DNA from: Octopus sinensis
Lineage: Eukaryota
DNA length: 64,000 nucleotides
Assembly: GCF_006345805.1 (NCBI RefSeq)
Contig: NC_042998.1
Span: 88,226,001 to 88,290,000, forward strand
Direction of reading: 5' to 3'
The position numbers and the translations under genes are program-made. Below, in pieces: positions 12,347-24,316 of this stretch (within the stretch, counting starts at the first letter, position 1; every line of letters starts with the position of its first letter). A model generated the notes under the pieces. It did no database searches. It saw only the letters and a list, made by a program, of their open reading frames with translations, and was not told the origin of the DNA.

Positions 12347-13256
12347 TGTGACCCGCAGCAAACAAGCTGATGTTGACCAGAAGCAAACCCATCAGTGGCT
12401 GCGGAGCTCAGGGCTAAAAGCAGAGAGCGAAGGTTTCATCCTGGCTGCTCAAGACCAAAGCCTATCAACCCGGAACTACCAGGCCAATGTGATGAAAAAT
12501 GGAGCAGACCCAAAATGCCGATTCTGCAACGACATGATTGAAACAGTGGACCACCTAATCTCTGGATGTAAAGTCTTAGCACCAGTGGAGTATAAATTAA
12601 GACATGACAGAGTTGGCCAATATCTCCACTGGCTAATAAGTCGGCATTACAATATCAAAACTGCCGACAAGTGGTATAATCACCACCCTGAGGCTGTAAC
12701 TGAAGGAGAAAATGTAACCATTCTGTGGGACTTTCCAGTACATACAGACCGAACCATCAAGGCCAATAAACCAGATATTGTTGTGAAAGACCAAAACAAT
12801 AAAGTTTGCTTATTGATCGACATGAGCATCCCCTGTGATCATAATATCTCAGCGAATGAGTTTGACAAGCTCAGAAAATATAAAGACCTACTCATTGAAA
12901 TTGAGAAAATGTGGCATCTCAAGGCGGTTACAATACCAGTGATCGTAGGAGCACTAGGAATGATCAAGAAGGGAACCGAAAATTATATGAGAATGATCCC
13001 TGGCTTACCATCCCTGCAAGAAGTGCAAAAGATTGTCTTAACTGGTACATCACACGTATTGAGAAGAGCATTGTCGATGTGAGAACTGTTGCTGCTCATG
13101 TATTTTAATTTAACTTAAAAAAAAATTTTTTTTAAATGAACGAACTATTGAGTTTGGTTTAATGGCCTACCAATGTATACTATGAGTTTCTTTGCCCTAG
13201 GAGTCGGGAAGACACTCGGCAAGAAATGGAAGCAAATTTGAAAGAAGAAAAAAAAA

Positions 13257-13257
<1 letters not shown>
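12346..13257 (+). mobile_element. Subfamily A copy 2 (open 244-codon frame)
   Basis: ORF 12348-13082, near-identical to A1 but about 35-40 bp longer at the 5' end. Confidence 0.95.
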
Positions 13258-13289
<32 letters not shown>

Positions 13290-13539
13290 TAATAATAATA
13301 ATAATAATGATTATAACAATAATCCTTTCTACTCTAGGCACAAAGCCTGAAATTTTGGAGGGGACTAGTCGATTACATCGACCCCCAGTGTTTCACTGCT
13401 ACTCACTTTACCGAACCCGAAAGGACGAAAGGTAAAATCAACCTCGGCGACATTTGAACTCGAAGTCAGAACGTAATTACGGACAAAATGCCGCTAAGCA
13501 TTTTGTCCAGCGTGCTAACGATTCTATCAGCTCGCAATC

Positions 13540-13589
<50 letters not shown>

Positions 13590-13593
13590 TAAA

Positions 13594-14185
13594 GGTCCCA
13601 ACTCTGTCGTGTCTGTGATATATTCCTTCTTAGCTAGTTGGGACCTATATGCACTGGAAACTATGCCAACATTATGGAATAACAACAGAAAAAAGATGGT
13701 ATAGGCACACACCAGAAAAGGTCACAGAAAACGAGAAAGCAACCATACTCTGGGATATGCCAATACACACAGATAGAGAAATTAAGGCCAACAGAGATCA
13801 TGAAGAAAATAAATGTTTTCTAATTGATGTATCAATACCAGCAGATGACAACGTGTCTCTAAAAGAAATGGAGAAACTTTCAAAATACAAAGACCTGGAA
13901 ATAGAGGTAACCAGAATGTGGAATCTAAGAGCAGAAACAATTCCTATCATAATAGGTGCATTAGGCATGATAAAAAAATATTCAGACAAATACATAACAA
14001 AAATACCAGGACTTACAAACACATATAACATACAGAAAATTGCACTACTAGGCACTGCACACATCCTACGCTGAACACTTTCCATACAAAACCATCAGAA
14101 TATCACAACAAATCACAGCACATACCCAAGACACACAGAGCTGCGCTCGGTAGTGAAGTAAAAGCACGATATAAAAAATATACTA

Positions 14186-14190
<5 letters not shown>
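13594..14190 (+). mobile_element. Subfamily B copy 2 (same 5' inversion)
   Basis: Same start GGTCCCAACTCTGTCG... as B1; ORF 13649-14074. Confidence 0.93.
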
Positions 14191-14263
<73 letters not shown>

Positions 14264-14264
<1 letters not shown>

Positions 14265-15168
14265 TGTGACCCGCAGCAAACAAGCTGATGTTGACCAGAA
14301 GCAAACCCATCAGTGGCTGCGGAGCTCAGGGCTAAAAGCAGAGAGCGAAGGTTTCATCCTGGCTGCTCAAGACCAAAGCCTATCAACCCGGAACTACCAG
14401 GCCAATGTGATGAAAAATGGAGCAGACCCAAAATGCCGATTCTGCAACGACATGATTGAAACAGTGGACCACCTAATCTCTGGATGTAAAGTCTTAGCAC
14501 CAGTGGAGTATAAATTAAGACATGACAGAGTTGGCCAATATCTCCACTGGCTAATAAGTCGGCATTACAATATCAAAACTGCCGACAAGTGGTATAATCA
14601 CCACCCTGAGGCTGTAACTGAAGGAGAAAATGTAACCATTCTGTGGGACTTTCCAGTACATACAGACCGAACCATCAAGGCCAATAAACCAGATATTGTT
14701 GTGAAAGACCAAAACAATAAAGTTTGATTATTGATCGACATGAGCATCCCCTGTGATCATAATATCTCAGCGAAAGAGTTTGACAAGCTCAGAAAATATA
14801 AAGACCTACTCATTGAAATTGAGAAACTGTGGCATCTCAAGGCGGTTACAATACCAGTGATCGTAGGAGCAGTAGGAATGATCAAGAAGGGAACCGAAAA
14901 TTATATGAGAATGATCCCTGGCTTACCATCCCTGCAAGAAGTGCAAAAGATTGTCTTAACTGTACATCACACGTATTGAGAAGAGCATTGTCGATGTGAG
15001 AACTGTTGCTGCTCATGTATTTTAATTTAACTTAAAAAAAAATTTTTTTTAAATGAACGAACTATTGAGTTGGTTAATGGCCTACCAATGTATACTATGT
15101 TTCTTTGCCCTAGGAGTCGGGAAGACACTCGGCAAGAAATGGAAGCAAATTTGAAAGAAGAAAAAAAA

Positions 15169-15169
<1 letters not shown>
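14264..15169 (+). mobile_element. Subfamily A copy 3 (stop codon and frameshift)
   Basis: Same 5' start as A2. TGC>TGA at ~14727 and a 1-bp deletion near 14961. Confidence 0.93.
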
Positions 15170-15217
<48 letters not shown>

Positions 15218-15446
15218 TTATAACAATAATCCTTTCTACTCTAGGCACAAAGCCTGAAATTTTGGAGGGGACTAGTCGATTACATCGACCCCCAGTGTTT
15301 CACTGCTACTCACTTTACCGAACCCGAAAGGACGAAAGGTAAAATCAACCTCGGCGACATTTGAACTCGAAGTCAGAACGTAATTACGGACAAAATGCCG
15401 CTAAGCATTTTGTCCAGCGTGCTAACGATTCTATCAGCTCGCAATC

Positions 15447-15510
<64 letters not shown>

Positions 15511-16103
15511 GGTCCCAACTCTGTCGTGTCTGTGAATATATTCCTTCTTAGCTAGTTGGGACCTATATGCACTGGAAACTATGCCAACATTATGGAATAA
15601 CAACAGAAAAAAGATGGTATAGGCACACACCAGAAAAGGTCACAGAAAACGAGAAAGCAACCATACTCTGGGATATGCCAATACACACAGATAGAGAAAT
15701 TAAGGCCAACAGAGATCATGAAGAAAATAAATGTTTTCTAATTGATGTATCAATACCAGCAGATGACAACGTGTCTCTAAAAGAAATGGAGAAACTTTCA
15801 AAATACAAAGACCTGGAAATAGAGGTAACCAGAATGTGGAATCTAAGAGCAGAAACAATTCCTATCATAATAGGTGCATTAGGCATGATAAAAAAATATT
15901 CAGACAAATACATAACAAAAATACCAGGACTTACAAACACATATAACATACAGAAAATTGCACTACTAGGCACTGCACACATCCTACGCTGAACACTTTC
16001 CATACAAAACCATCAGAATATCACAACAAATCACAGCACATACCCAAGACACACAGAGCTGCGCTCGGTAGTGAAGTAAAAGCACGATATAAAAAATATA
16101 CTA

Positions 16104-16108
<5 letters not shown>
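15511..16108 (+). mobile_element. Subfamily B copy 3 (same 5' inversion)
   Basis: ORF 15567-15992 translates identically to B2. Confidence 0.93.
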
Positions 16109-16172
<64 letters not shown>

Positions 16173-16173
<1 letters not shown>

Positions 16174-17089
16174 TGTGACCCGCAGCAAACAAGCTGATGT
16201 TGACCAGAAGCAAACCCATCAGTGGCTGCGGAGCTCAGGGCTAAAAGCAGAGAGCGAAGGTTTCATCCTGGCTGCTCAAGACCAAAGCCTATCAACCCGG
16301 AACTACCAGGCCAATGTGATGAAAAATGGAGCAGACCCAAAATGCCGATTCTGCAACGACATGATTGAAACAGTGGACCACCTAATCTCTGGATGTAAAG
16401 TCTTAGCACCAGTGGAGTATAAATTAAGACATGACAGAGTTGGCCAATATCTCCACTGGCTAATAAGTCGGCATTACAATATCAAAACTGCCGACAAGTG
16501 GTATAATCACCACCCTGAGGCTGTAACTGAAGGAGAAAATGTAATCATTCTGTGGGACTTTCCAGTACATACAGACCGAACCATCAAGGCCAATAAACCA
16601 GATATTGTTGTGAAAGACCAAAACAATAACGTTTGCTTATTGATCGACATGAGCATCCCCTGTGATCATAATATCTCAGCGAAAGAGTTTGACAAGCTCA
16701 GAAAATATAAAGACCTACTCATTGAAATTGAGAAAATGTGGCATCTCAAGGCGGTTACAATACCAGTGATCGTAGGAGCACTAGGAATGATCAAGAAGGG
16801 AACCGAAAATTATATGAGAATGATCCCTGGCTTACCATCCCTGCAAGAAGTGCAAAAGATTGTCTTAACTGGTACATCACACGTATTGAGAAGAGCATTG
16901 TCGATGTGAGAACTGTTGCTGCTCATGTATTTTAATTTAACAAAAAAAAAAAAAAAAAAAAATGAACGAACTACTGAGTTTGGTTTAATGGCCTACCAAT
17001 ATACACTATGAGTTTCTTTGCCCTAGGAGTCGGGAAGACACTCGGCAAGAAATGGAAGAAAATTTGAAAGAAGAAAAAAAAAAAAAAAA

Positions 17090-17090
<1 letters not shown>
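16173..17090 (+). mobile_element. Subfamily A copy 4 (open 244-codon frame, distinct 3' UTR), followed by (TAA)n(AAG)n
   Basis: ORF 16175-16909. The 3' UTR has a long poly-A where A1-A3 have an A/T tract. (AAG)n at 17147-17207. Confidence 0.95.
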
Positions 17091-17176
<86 letters not shown>

Positions 17177-17749
17177 AAGAAGAAGAAGAAGAAGAAGAAG
17201 AAGAAGAGTAAAAACATTAACATCGATGAAATAATAATCAAGAAAAAATTATGAAAAATATGTTAACAGATACCTATGTACGTATTACATAAGCCTATTC
17301 CTATTAGTGAAATCAAAAAGTTTTTGCTTCATGTAAGTAGGTGATTGCAAATATTTGCAATAAATTTCGATTAGCTACAACTTACAGATATACTAAGAGC
17401 ACAAATCTGATCAGCTATAGAAAGATTTAGTCACCCACACAGCAGCATGAAAAACAATACAAATGGAAATAATATCATTTAATCGAGGGTTTAAAAAGAA
17501 ATTTGAACTTTGATTTCATACCTAGACAGTACAAAAATGAAACGTACAAAACTCTGTATCTCAGCATAAATGGGTACCTTGTGGAGCTCTTAATATAAGG
17601 GCTAGACTTCACTTCCCAAGTCCACAAAATGTAACAGAAATTGAATAAATAAACACGAGTAGAATCCGTTTCTATACTACATACTTATTTTGCAGCTAAT
17701 CCCTGCAAGATATGCTACTACCATGGAATATACATACAATATCTAGAAA

Positions 17750-19790
17750 TCAAAAAAAAATTATTGTCTAAAAGCAGCTTTGGATCCTAAAAGACTAGCT
17801 AGTTTAAGGAGATGCATCCTCAAAATAGAAAAAGATGTCAGGTTTAGAAATAGAATACTTTAAGAATAAAATACTTAAAAACACGAACAAAAGACAAAAA
17901 TCAGGCAAGGGAAATACAAACAACGAGAATAAAATTGATAAATCTAAAAATACTAAGAATGTACACATCTGAAAAATAGGCCAAACAGGCGTAAAACAAA
18001 CAAAATTAATATGAAATACGCAAAAAATCAAACTCAAGCTCATCTACAAAATATTGAAGAATATAAACGAAAATGTGAGTAAAAGCAGATGTAAGAAATA
18101 TTTCTGAATAGAGAATTCTAGAGAAATAAATTACCTGAAAATGGAAATAATCTGAAGGTGTAAAGCGTTAAAGAATTAAAATTGCCAGTTCTACCTACGG
18201 ACCAACAAAAGACCCTCTCAAGGATAAAAAAAGAAACTTAACGATAAACTATCAATACAAATTGAAAACCTGATCATAGCAGACTTAATGAAAGTAGACA
18301 CTATATCAATATTACCAGAGTAACCCAAATAATATACAGCATTCACAATAGTTAAAAATGAAAGTGGATATTCTTACAGAAATACTCATATAGGAATATC
18401 GAAACAAATGGAAACAAGTTAAACAAATATACAGACGATGAATGAAAATAAAAGATTTTTCAGTTCTAAATGAAGTCAACACCGAAAAAGAAATAAATAC
18501 AAAAAGATATGCAAATATTACAGAAATATAACAACAAATTATAAAGTATTCGAAAAGAAACAACGCTAGAAACAATCGATCTTCGCTTAACTGCAAAGAA
18601 TCAGCTTGAAAAAAGAAAAACGATTCGTCTAACAAAACACACAGTTAGGCTCCAGCCAAAAACTATTTCATCAATAATTAATTATTAGCGGTGGAAGGAG
18701 TATTAATACCTAAACGTAATCTTTATATCCAACGTAACATGAATGTCTTGTTAGAGCACCGAATAAAGCATTATTAACCTTGAGAGATCCTCTCATATAG
18801 GCACCTGGTGCATAAAAGCACACACAGAGCCTATAAGAGATGATCTCTCAGGGCTAATTACGCAGTATTCGGTGTTCTAACCAGACATCCAAGTTAAGTT
18901 GGATATAAAGATGATCTTTTGGTACTAATACTGCTTCTATTGCAATTAAAATATTCCTCTTCTATTAAAAGAGGAATATTTTGATAGAATATCTTCTTCC
19001 TACTTATTTTCTGTTTATCATTAACAGCTGTAACCATAATGTTAAACAAGACTAGGTTCACTATAGGAGGGTAATCAGCAATCCTTTTTTTTTCCTTCTA
19101 TTGATGACTTCAAGTAGTACAATGCAAATGATAAACGACTAGAAACGCTGCTAGAAACAGTACATGGATTTACCCGAGATATTGATATGAGATTCTGGTG
19201 AGGTTAATGTAGCAAGGCAGCCTTGAAGAGAGAAAGATTAATTTAAAATATTACATTAAATAAATAAGGGTAGGAGAATTATACCGAATACAGATTTACG
19301 AAGTACTTAGGAATTAATGAATTAGATATAATAGAATATACGTAACTGTTGGCAAAAGATAAGAAGAAATATTATAGTTTTAGATAAATAGTAAAAAGGG
19401 AGTTAAGTGCCAAAACGTAAGGTAATAGACACTAATGTTTCAGTTGTACAATTAAAAAGTTATTGTTAGAATATTCTCCACTGAATGTAAAGTAAATTAA
19501 GAAGTCTAGACAGGAAACATGAAAAATAATGAGTGCATTTTGACTACATCATTCGTTAATCCAGCACAAAAGATAAGATTTAACACAAACAGAGGGTCCT
19601 TATGCAATTCTATAATTGTTATAAAATATTTACAACAGGACTAGAAAAATATCTAGTAAAAATATTGTGGAAGCAATACAAATTGCTATAAAACATTAGC
19701 AATCAAATCCACTAAAATTCTTGCCTAATTTATGACTGTTTTTATATAGCAGTTGATCAATTGGCGAAGGATGCTCTCAAAAAAACTGTC
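17750..19790 (+). pseudogene. Highly decayed, internally deleted R4/Dong ORF (N-terminal region and RT domains 4-7)
   Basis: Remnants KLPVLP, LETIDLRLTAKNQ, LLFCLSL, (Y)IDDFK, LETLLETVHGFTRDIDMRF, KYLGINE; many stops. Confidence 0.6.
18688..18943. mobile_element. Foldback MITE-like element (~115-bp inverted arms, 26-nt loop)
   Basis: Left arm ...ATCTTTATATCCAAC...TTAGAGCACCGAATA...GAGAGATC...TATAGGC pairs with right arm GCCTATA...GATCTCTC...TATTCGGTGTTCTAA...GTTGGATATAAAGAT. A related end fragment lies at ~55149-55200. Confidence 0.85.
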
Positions 19791-20471
19791 AACAAGCTAT
19801 GAAACAACCAATCAAGAGATTCTCCTTCTTTTTTTCACACATCATTTGGATAGAAAGAATGCATTTACATTCTTATTTCACCCACGTTGAAGCTTTGTAA
19901 TATTTAAATTTACTTCAGTTATTCTGATTTACGCTGTATTGTGCATAAATAGATAATGTTTTCTGTGTTGAAGAAGCCGACAAATATAAAACAGTGGCTA
20001 TGGTAATAAACAGTTTTGGAAAGTAAATAAAGGCAATATATATTGTTTAAAATAACTAAAAGCTAATCAGAAAATTGAGCTGTTGAATGTCATTCTAATG
20101 CAGAGAAAAGAAAATCCTTGCATCAGCCATACTTGAGAACAAATGAAAAGTGGATTAACAAAAATCTCGGAACTCTCTGAAAGGCATAGAATTCAAATGA
20201 TTTTTGAATCTTTTGAGTCCTAAGACCAAGTCTTTCCACTATAAGTGACCAAAAGTACGGTCACTTTGGCAAAGATTCCTTGTTGGCTACAAATTCTTCC
20301 TCTTAGATTTTGCATGGAGTTGCTGATAAGATGTGAATTCGCATCCTCATAAGCAAAGTAAATCACTAATAATTGTTACTCTTGACACAATAAAAAATAT
20401 TTATAACATTTTGGCAAAATATGCTACTTTGATGATCCCTTCATCATCAAGTTCGGGAAGAGCATCTAGAT

Positions 20472-20729
20472 CAGTGTTTTTCAATCGGGGTCCATATAAG
20501 TTTTTGTTGTTAAAGTTTATATGCAATAAATTAGTTATACTTCTACAATACAAAATATTTCAACAATTTTTCTATACAGTTCCTAATTTTTCTATACATT
20601 TCCTAATTTTCTTAATATTTAAATATAAAAACATGATGGATTTTTTTAACATCAAATGACTATGGGGGTACAGTAGGGCAAAATAGGAATCAAAGGAATC
20701 CACATGTCAAAAATGGTTGAGAACTACTG
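20472..20729. mobile_element. hAT (Charlie-like) MITE
   Basis: Ends CAGTGTTTTTCAA...TTGAGAACTACTG; imperfect 8-bp TSD ATCTAGAT/CTCTACAT matches the nTCTAGAn target preference. Confidence 0.75.
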
Positions 20730-21495
20730 CTCTACATAGAGTCATTCGACCTGTTAGAAAGAGCAACCAAATCTTCCTTAAACCAAGTGAGACCATCTTG
20801 GAAATGAAAAGACATGTTGGATAACGTCCGAAAATAAACCAGGGTGGTTGGAATTTCCTTGATTATATTTCTTTGTGATTCAGGCTTTACTGTAAATCAA
20901 CAACAACTAATATAATGTTTCGTAGGCAGGGATGGGGCCAAGTCTGATAAAATCTTTTACATTTAAAACTGTCGAATTTGGCAACATTTTCTTGAGCAAC
21001 ATATAAGAGAATTCCACCGTAAATCAAACGTTGGTCTACAACTCAGCTGGCCGGGATGCGCAAAGAAATAAGGAGGAGGTGTCACATTCATTCATGCCAT
21101 TTCGATGTAAGAGAAGTGAAATAGCTTCAAACAGAAATCAAAACTAAATCCTTACGTTTATAATTGAAGATGAATTTAGAAATTCGTATTTTATATTTTG
21201 TTTAAAGTACAATATCATCTAATTTTAAACTCATTAAAGATCTTCGTTTTTTATTTAAATTGACGAAGATTTAGGAATCAAAATTGCTACAATTTGCTGA
21301 ATAGCAACAAGCTTTTTGTTTTATTTCGATTTATTGAATTTCAAAATTATATTACTTACTCTAAGGTCATTTAAAAAATAAGCAAAGAAAATAAATTAAA
21401 AAAGTTACGAGCGAAAAATAAATACTAGCTGGTGATTAGGGGATAAGTTAAAAATAATGATGTCAATATGTCGATATATATATATATATTATATA

Positions 21496-21546
<51 letters not shown>

Positions 21547-22361
21547 GAAAAACACCTCTCCTTTCTATCCCACTTGCAAATTAAGTTAATCAAAAAGATA
21601 TCTCTCAAGACGATCCAATGAATTAACTAACCTGATATTTCAGTCATTTAATCCGAATATATAAAATGAAAGTGTGAAGACAGGAGGACGATAATTGCAA
21701 AGAGACCCTTTATGGGTCCTTCGTCTTCTTGAACCTGTTAGAAAAATACAGTCATATTTCCTTAAAATCAAAAGTTGACGATTTAAAACAGAAATACATG
21801 TTGGATAATAAAGTATTCCCAGATAAATATTGTCTGAGAAAAAAAAATTAGGACGGAATGGTTATGGTTGAAATTTCATTGATTATATGTCTGTTTGATA
21901 CGAGCTTTACTAGGGATAAACAACATCAAACAACAACAACTATTATAGTGTTTTAAGGGGAGCCTAATCTGACAAAATCTGTCACAATCAAAACTCTTGC
22001 CCTCGACTTCACTTACTTGAACGAAATATAAGTGAAGTGAATTCCGACGTAAATCAAAAGTGGTCTAAAATTTCGGCTCGCTAGAAGTGTAACATTAATC
22101 TGCTGTGTCCGCTTTCACCCAATTTTATTCTATTTCTAGTGTCCATTTCTTCCACTCTATCTCACACTACATTGGAAAGACTATAGCAAACGTATATGTT
22201 ATTTTTAGAATATCATCACCTCAAAAGCATAAGGCTGAAAGAAGGATCTGAATACTTAACAAATTTCAATGGAGTATATTGATAAAAATACTCATTACTC
22301 CATTCTCTATTTAGAAAGGATATATCAAGCGATCATAAAAAATTATCCAAAACTTCAAACG

Positions 22362-22431
<70 letters not shown>

Positions 22432-22614
22432 CATACATACATACATACATACATACATACATACATACATACATACATACACACACATTATATATAAATT
22501 TGAGTGTATATATGTGTGTATGTATGTATATTTATATGATTAAATTCTTCTTACGAAACACATAGACTGCATAGAAGTGTTCAAGCCGAACCTAAGACGT
22601 CAGACAGGAATAAT

Positions 22615-24302
22615 AAATGTAATGGAAAATTTCAAATCAGGCAAACTACAATGAATACATATCTGTACGGATTTAATTAAGATAAAAATTGCCCAAAATA
22701 AAACATACATTAATATCTTAAAAATATAAAAAATACATTAAAAATATAGTTATATATGAAAATCAAATATGGTGGTGACCCCCTTCGGTCAGACACTGAC
22801 CATGGGTTTGCACCTAGAGAGTTACCTTCTAAGGCACAAGTCTTGGCAAGGTTGTTTTACGGAAGACCAGCAGTCGCCCATGCATACCGGCCTCCCCTCT
22901 CCACGTCACCGATGTTGTCCAAGCGAAAGGCAAGGGCCGATACAGCTTGGCACCTGTGACGTCGCAACTCATTTCTACAGCTGAGTGAACTGGAGCAACG
23001 TGAAATAAAGTGTCTTGCTCAAGAACACAACACGCAGCCCGGTCCGGGATTCGAGCTCACAACCTCACGATCGTAAGCTCGACGCTCTAACCACTGAGCT
23101 ACGCGCCATCAAATATATATGAACATATAAATATGCGAATATGAATGTATAAACATAGTAATAATATAATGAAGTATAGGAATATAGATAAAAGTGTTTT
23201 TTAAAAAGAATTGAAGACATAGTGAAGAGATAATAATAGGCATCAAAACAAGCATTTAGGTTACATATTAAAAGAAAATACCCCAACCGCCATTTCTGGG
23301 GGTTCATTCGTCCGGGTAAAAAAATGAATCTTAAAATTCATTTTCAGAGAATGTCTCCTTCATCAAGGAAAAGCGATATTGATGGTAGATATGCATTCGG
23401 TGAAATGCCAAAGTGTGCGATAACAGCAAGCTTTTATAGAACTGATATAACTATGCAACTAATGCAAATCTTTATGAGGGCTGATAAGAGTAAAAATTAC
23501 ATTACTTACTGAATTTATTGTCATTTATATTCGGCGGTATATCGTTATGTGCAATAGGATGTTAAGTTTTGCGACGGAAATTACTAAGGCTATTATTGAG
23601 TTAATTCAGACTTATACAGTCTTATGAAAGTAGTATCTGTGATTACACAAATGAATAGCGTCGGAAAACTTATTTAATATAATAGAATTATAGAGGCGAA
23701 GGATTTTGTAGGTTTCTTTTAGGCATGGTCTACATCTACATATAATCGTATTGTATGGTGGGGTCTTATCTATAATAGATCAGGATAGAGTGTAATTAAT
23801 GTTTTGTAATTTTAAATCATGTATTTATCTAGCTAGTGCCATTGTGTTTTTGTATTGAAAGAACTTAAATGGGTTCTATATCGTCTCTTAAAATCTATGG
23901 TGCTTCCTATATATACTCTTACTTGATAATTGTCGTTTGCCACGCTGCATTTATAAATTACGTTTTTACGTAAACAAAATCCAGCGAGCGGACATAATAC
24001 GGGCACCATACAATTACATGTTTCTCCATTCCTATCTGTAGTTTTATCAGATTTATTAAGGTTGAAGCGGGTTGGCCTATATTTAGTTGGGATTGATTGC
24101 GTCTAAGTTTAGATAGAATTACTTTTTTTGGTTTATATATATTATTTGGACTTATATGGGGTACCTTATGACGACCTAAGTTTTTAGTCGTTTGGAATTG
24201 GAGTTTATTGCTATTTATGGATGCCAATAACACATCTCAAATTAGGCGTGGTAGAGTAAGATAATTTTATAGAGTGTTTGTTAAATATAGGGTAATATTT
24301 GT
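22615..24302 (-). mobile_element. IR1 left arm: 5'-truncated Penelope-like copy (GIY-YIG + 3' region) interrupted by a SINE
   Basis: Reverse complement of 24516-25857, apart from the SINE at 22771-23107. Confidence 0.92.
22771..23107 (-). mobile_element. tRNA-derived SINE (family 3) with a 9-bp TSD
   Basis: Head GGCGCGTAGCTCAGTGGTTAGAGCG...GAGCTCGAATCCCGG. TSD ATCAAATAT at 22762-22770 and 23108-23116. Absent from the right arm. Confidence 0.92.
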
Positions 24303-24316
24303 ATGTCTAACATTTT

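Larger units (their letters stand above)
9625..17090 (+). repeat. Tandem array of a ~1.91-kb composite unit [A-(TAA)n-SINE-(TAA)n-B-(TAA)n] x ~3.5, with element C between units 1 and 2
   Basis: A ORF starts at 12348, 14266 and 16175 (periods 1918 and 1909 bp). Junctions are the same in every unit. Confidence 0.95.

Noticed and set aside
20740-22085. Two diverged ~330-bp similar blocks (~20740 and ~21730)
   Set aside because: Related pieces occur elsewhere (~33560, ~36520), so these are probably old dispersed repeat copies; the family could not be identified.
22771-23107. tRNA-like sequence as a real tRNA gene
   Set aside because: The anticodon and acceptor stems do not pair, and it has a SINE body and TSD.
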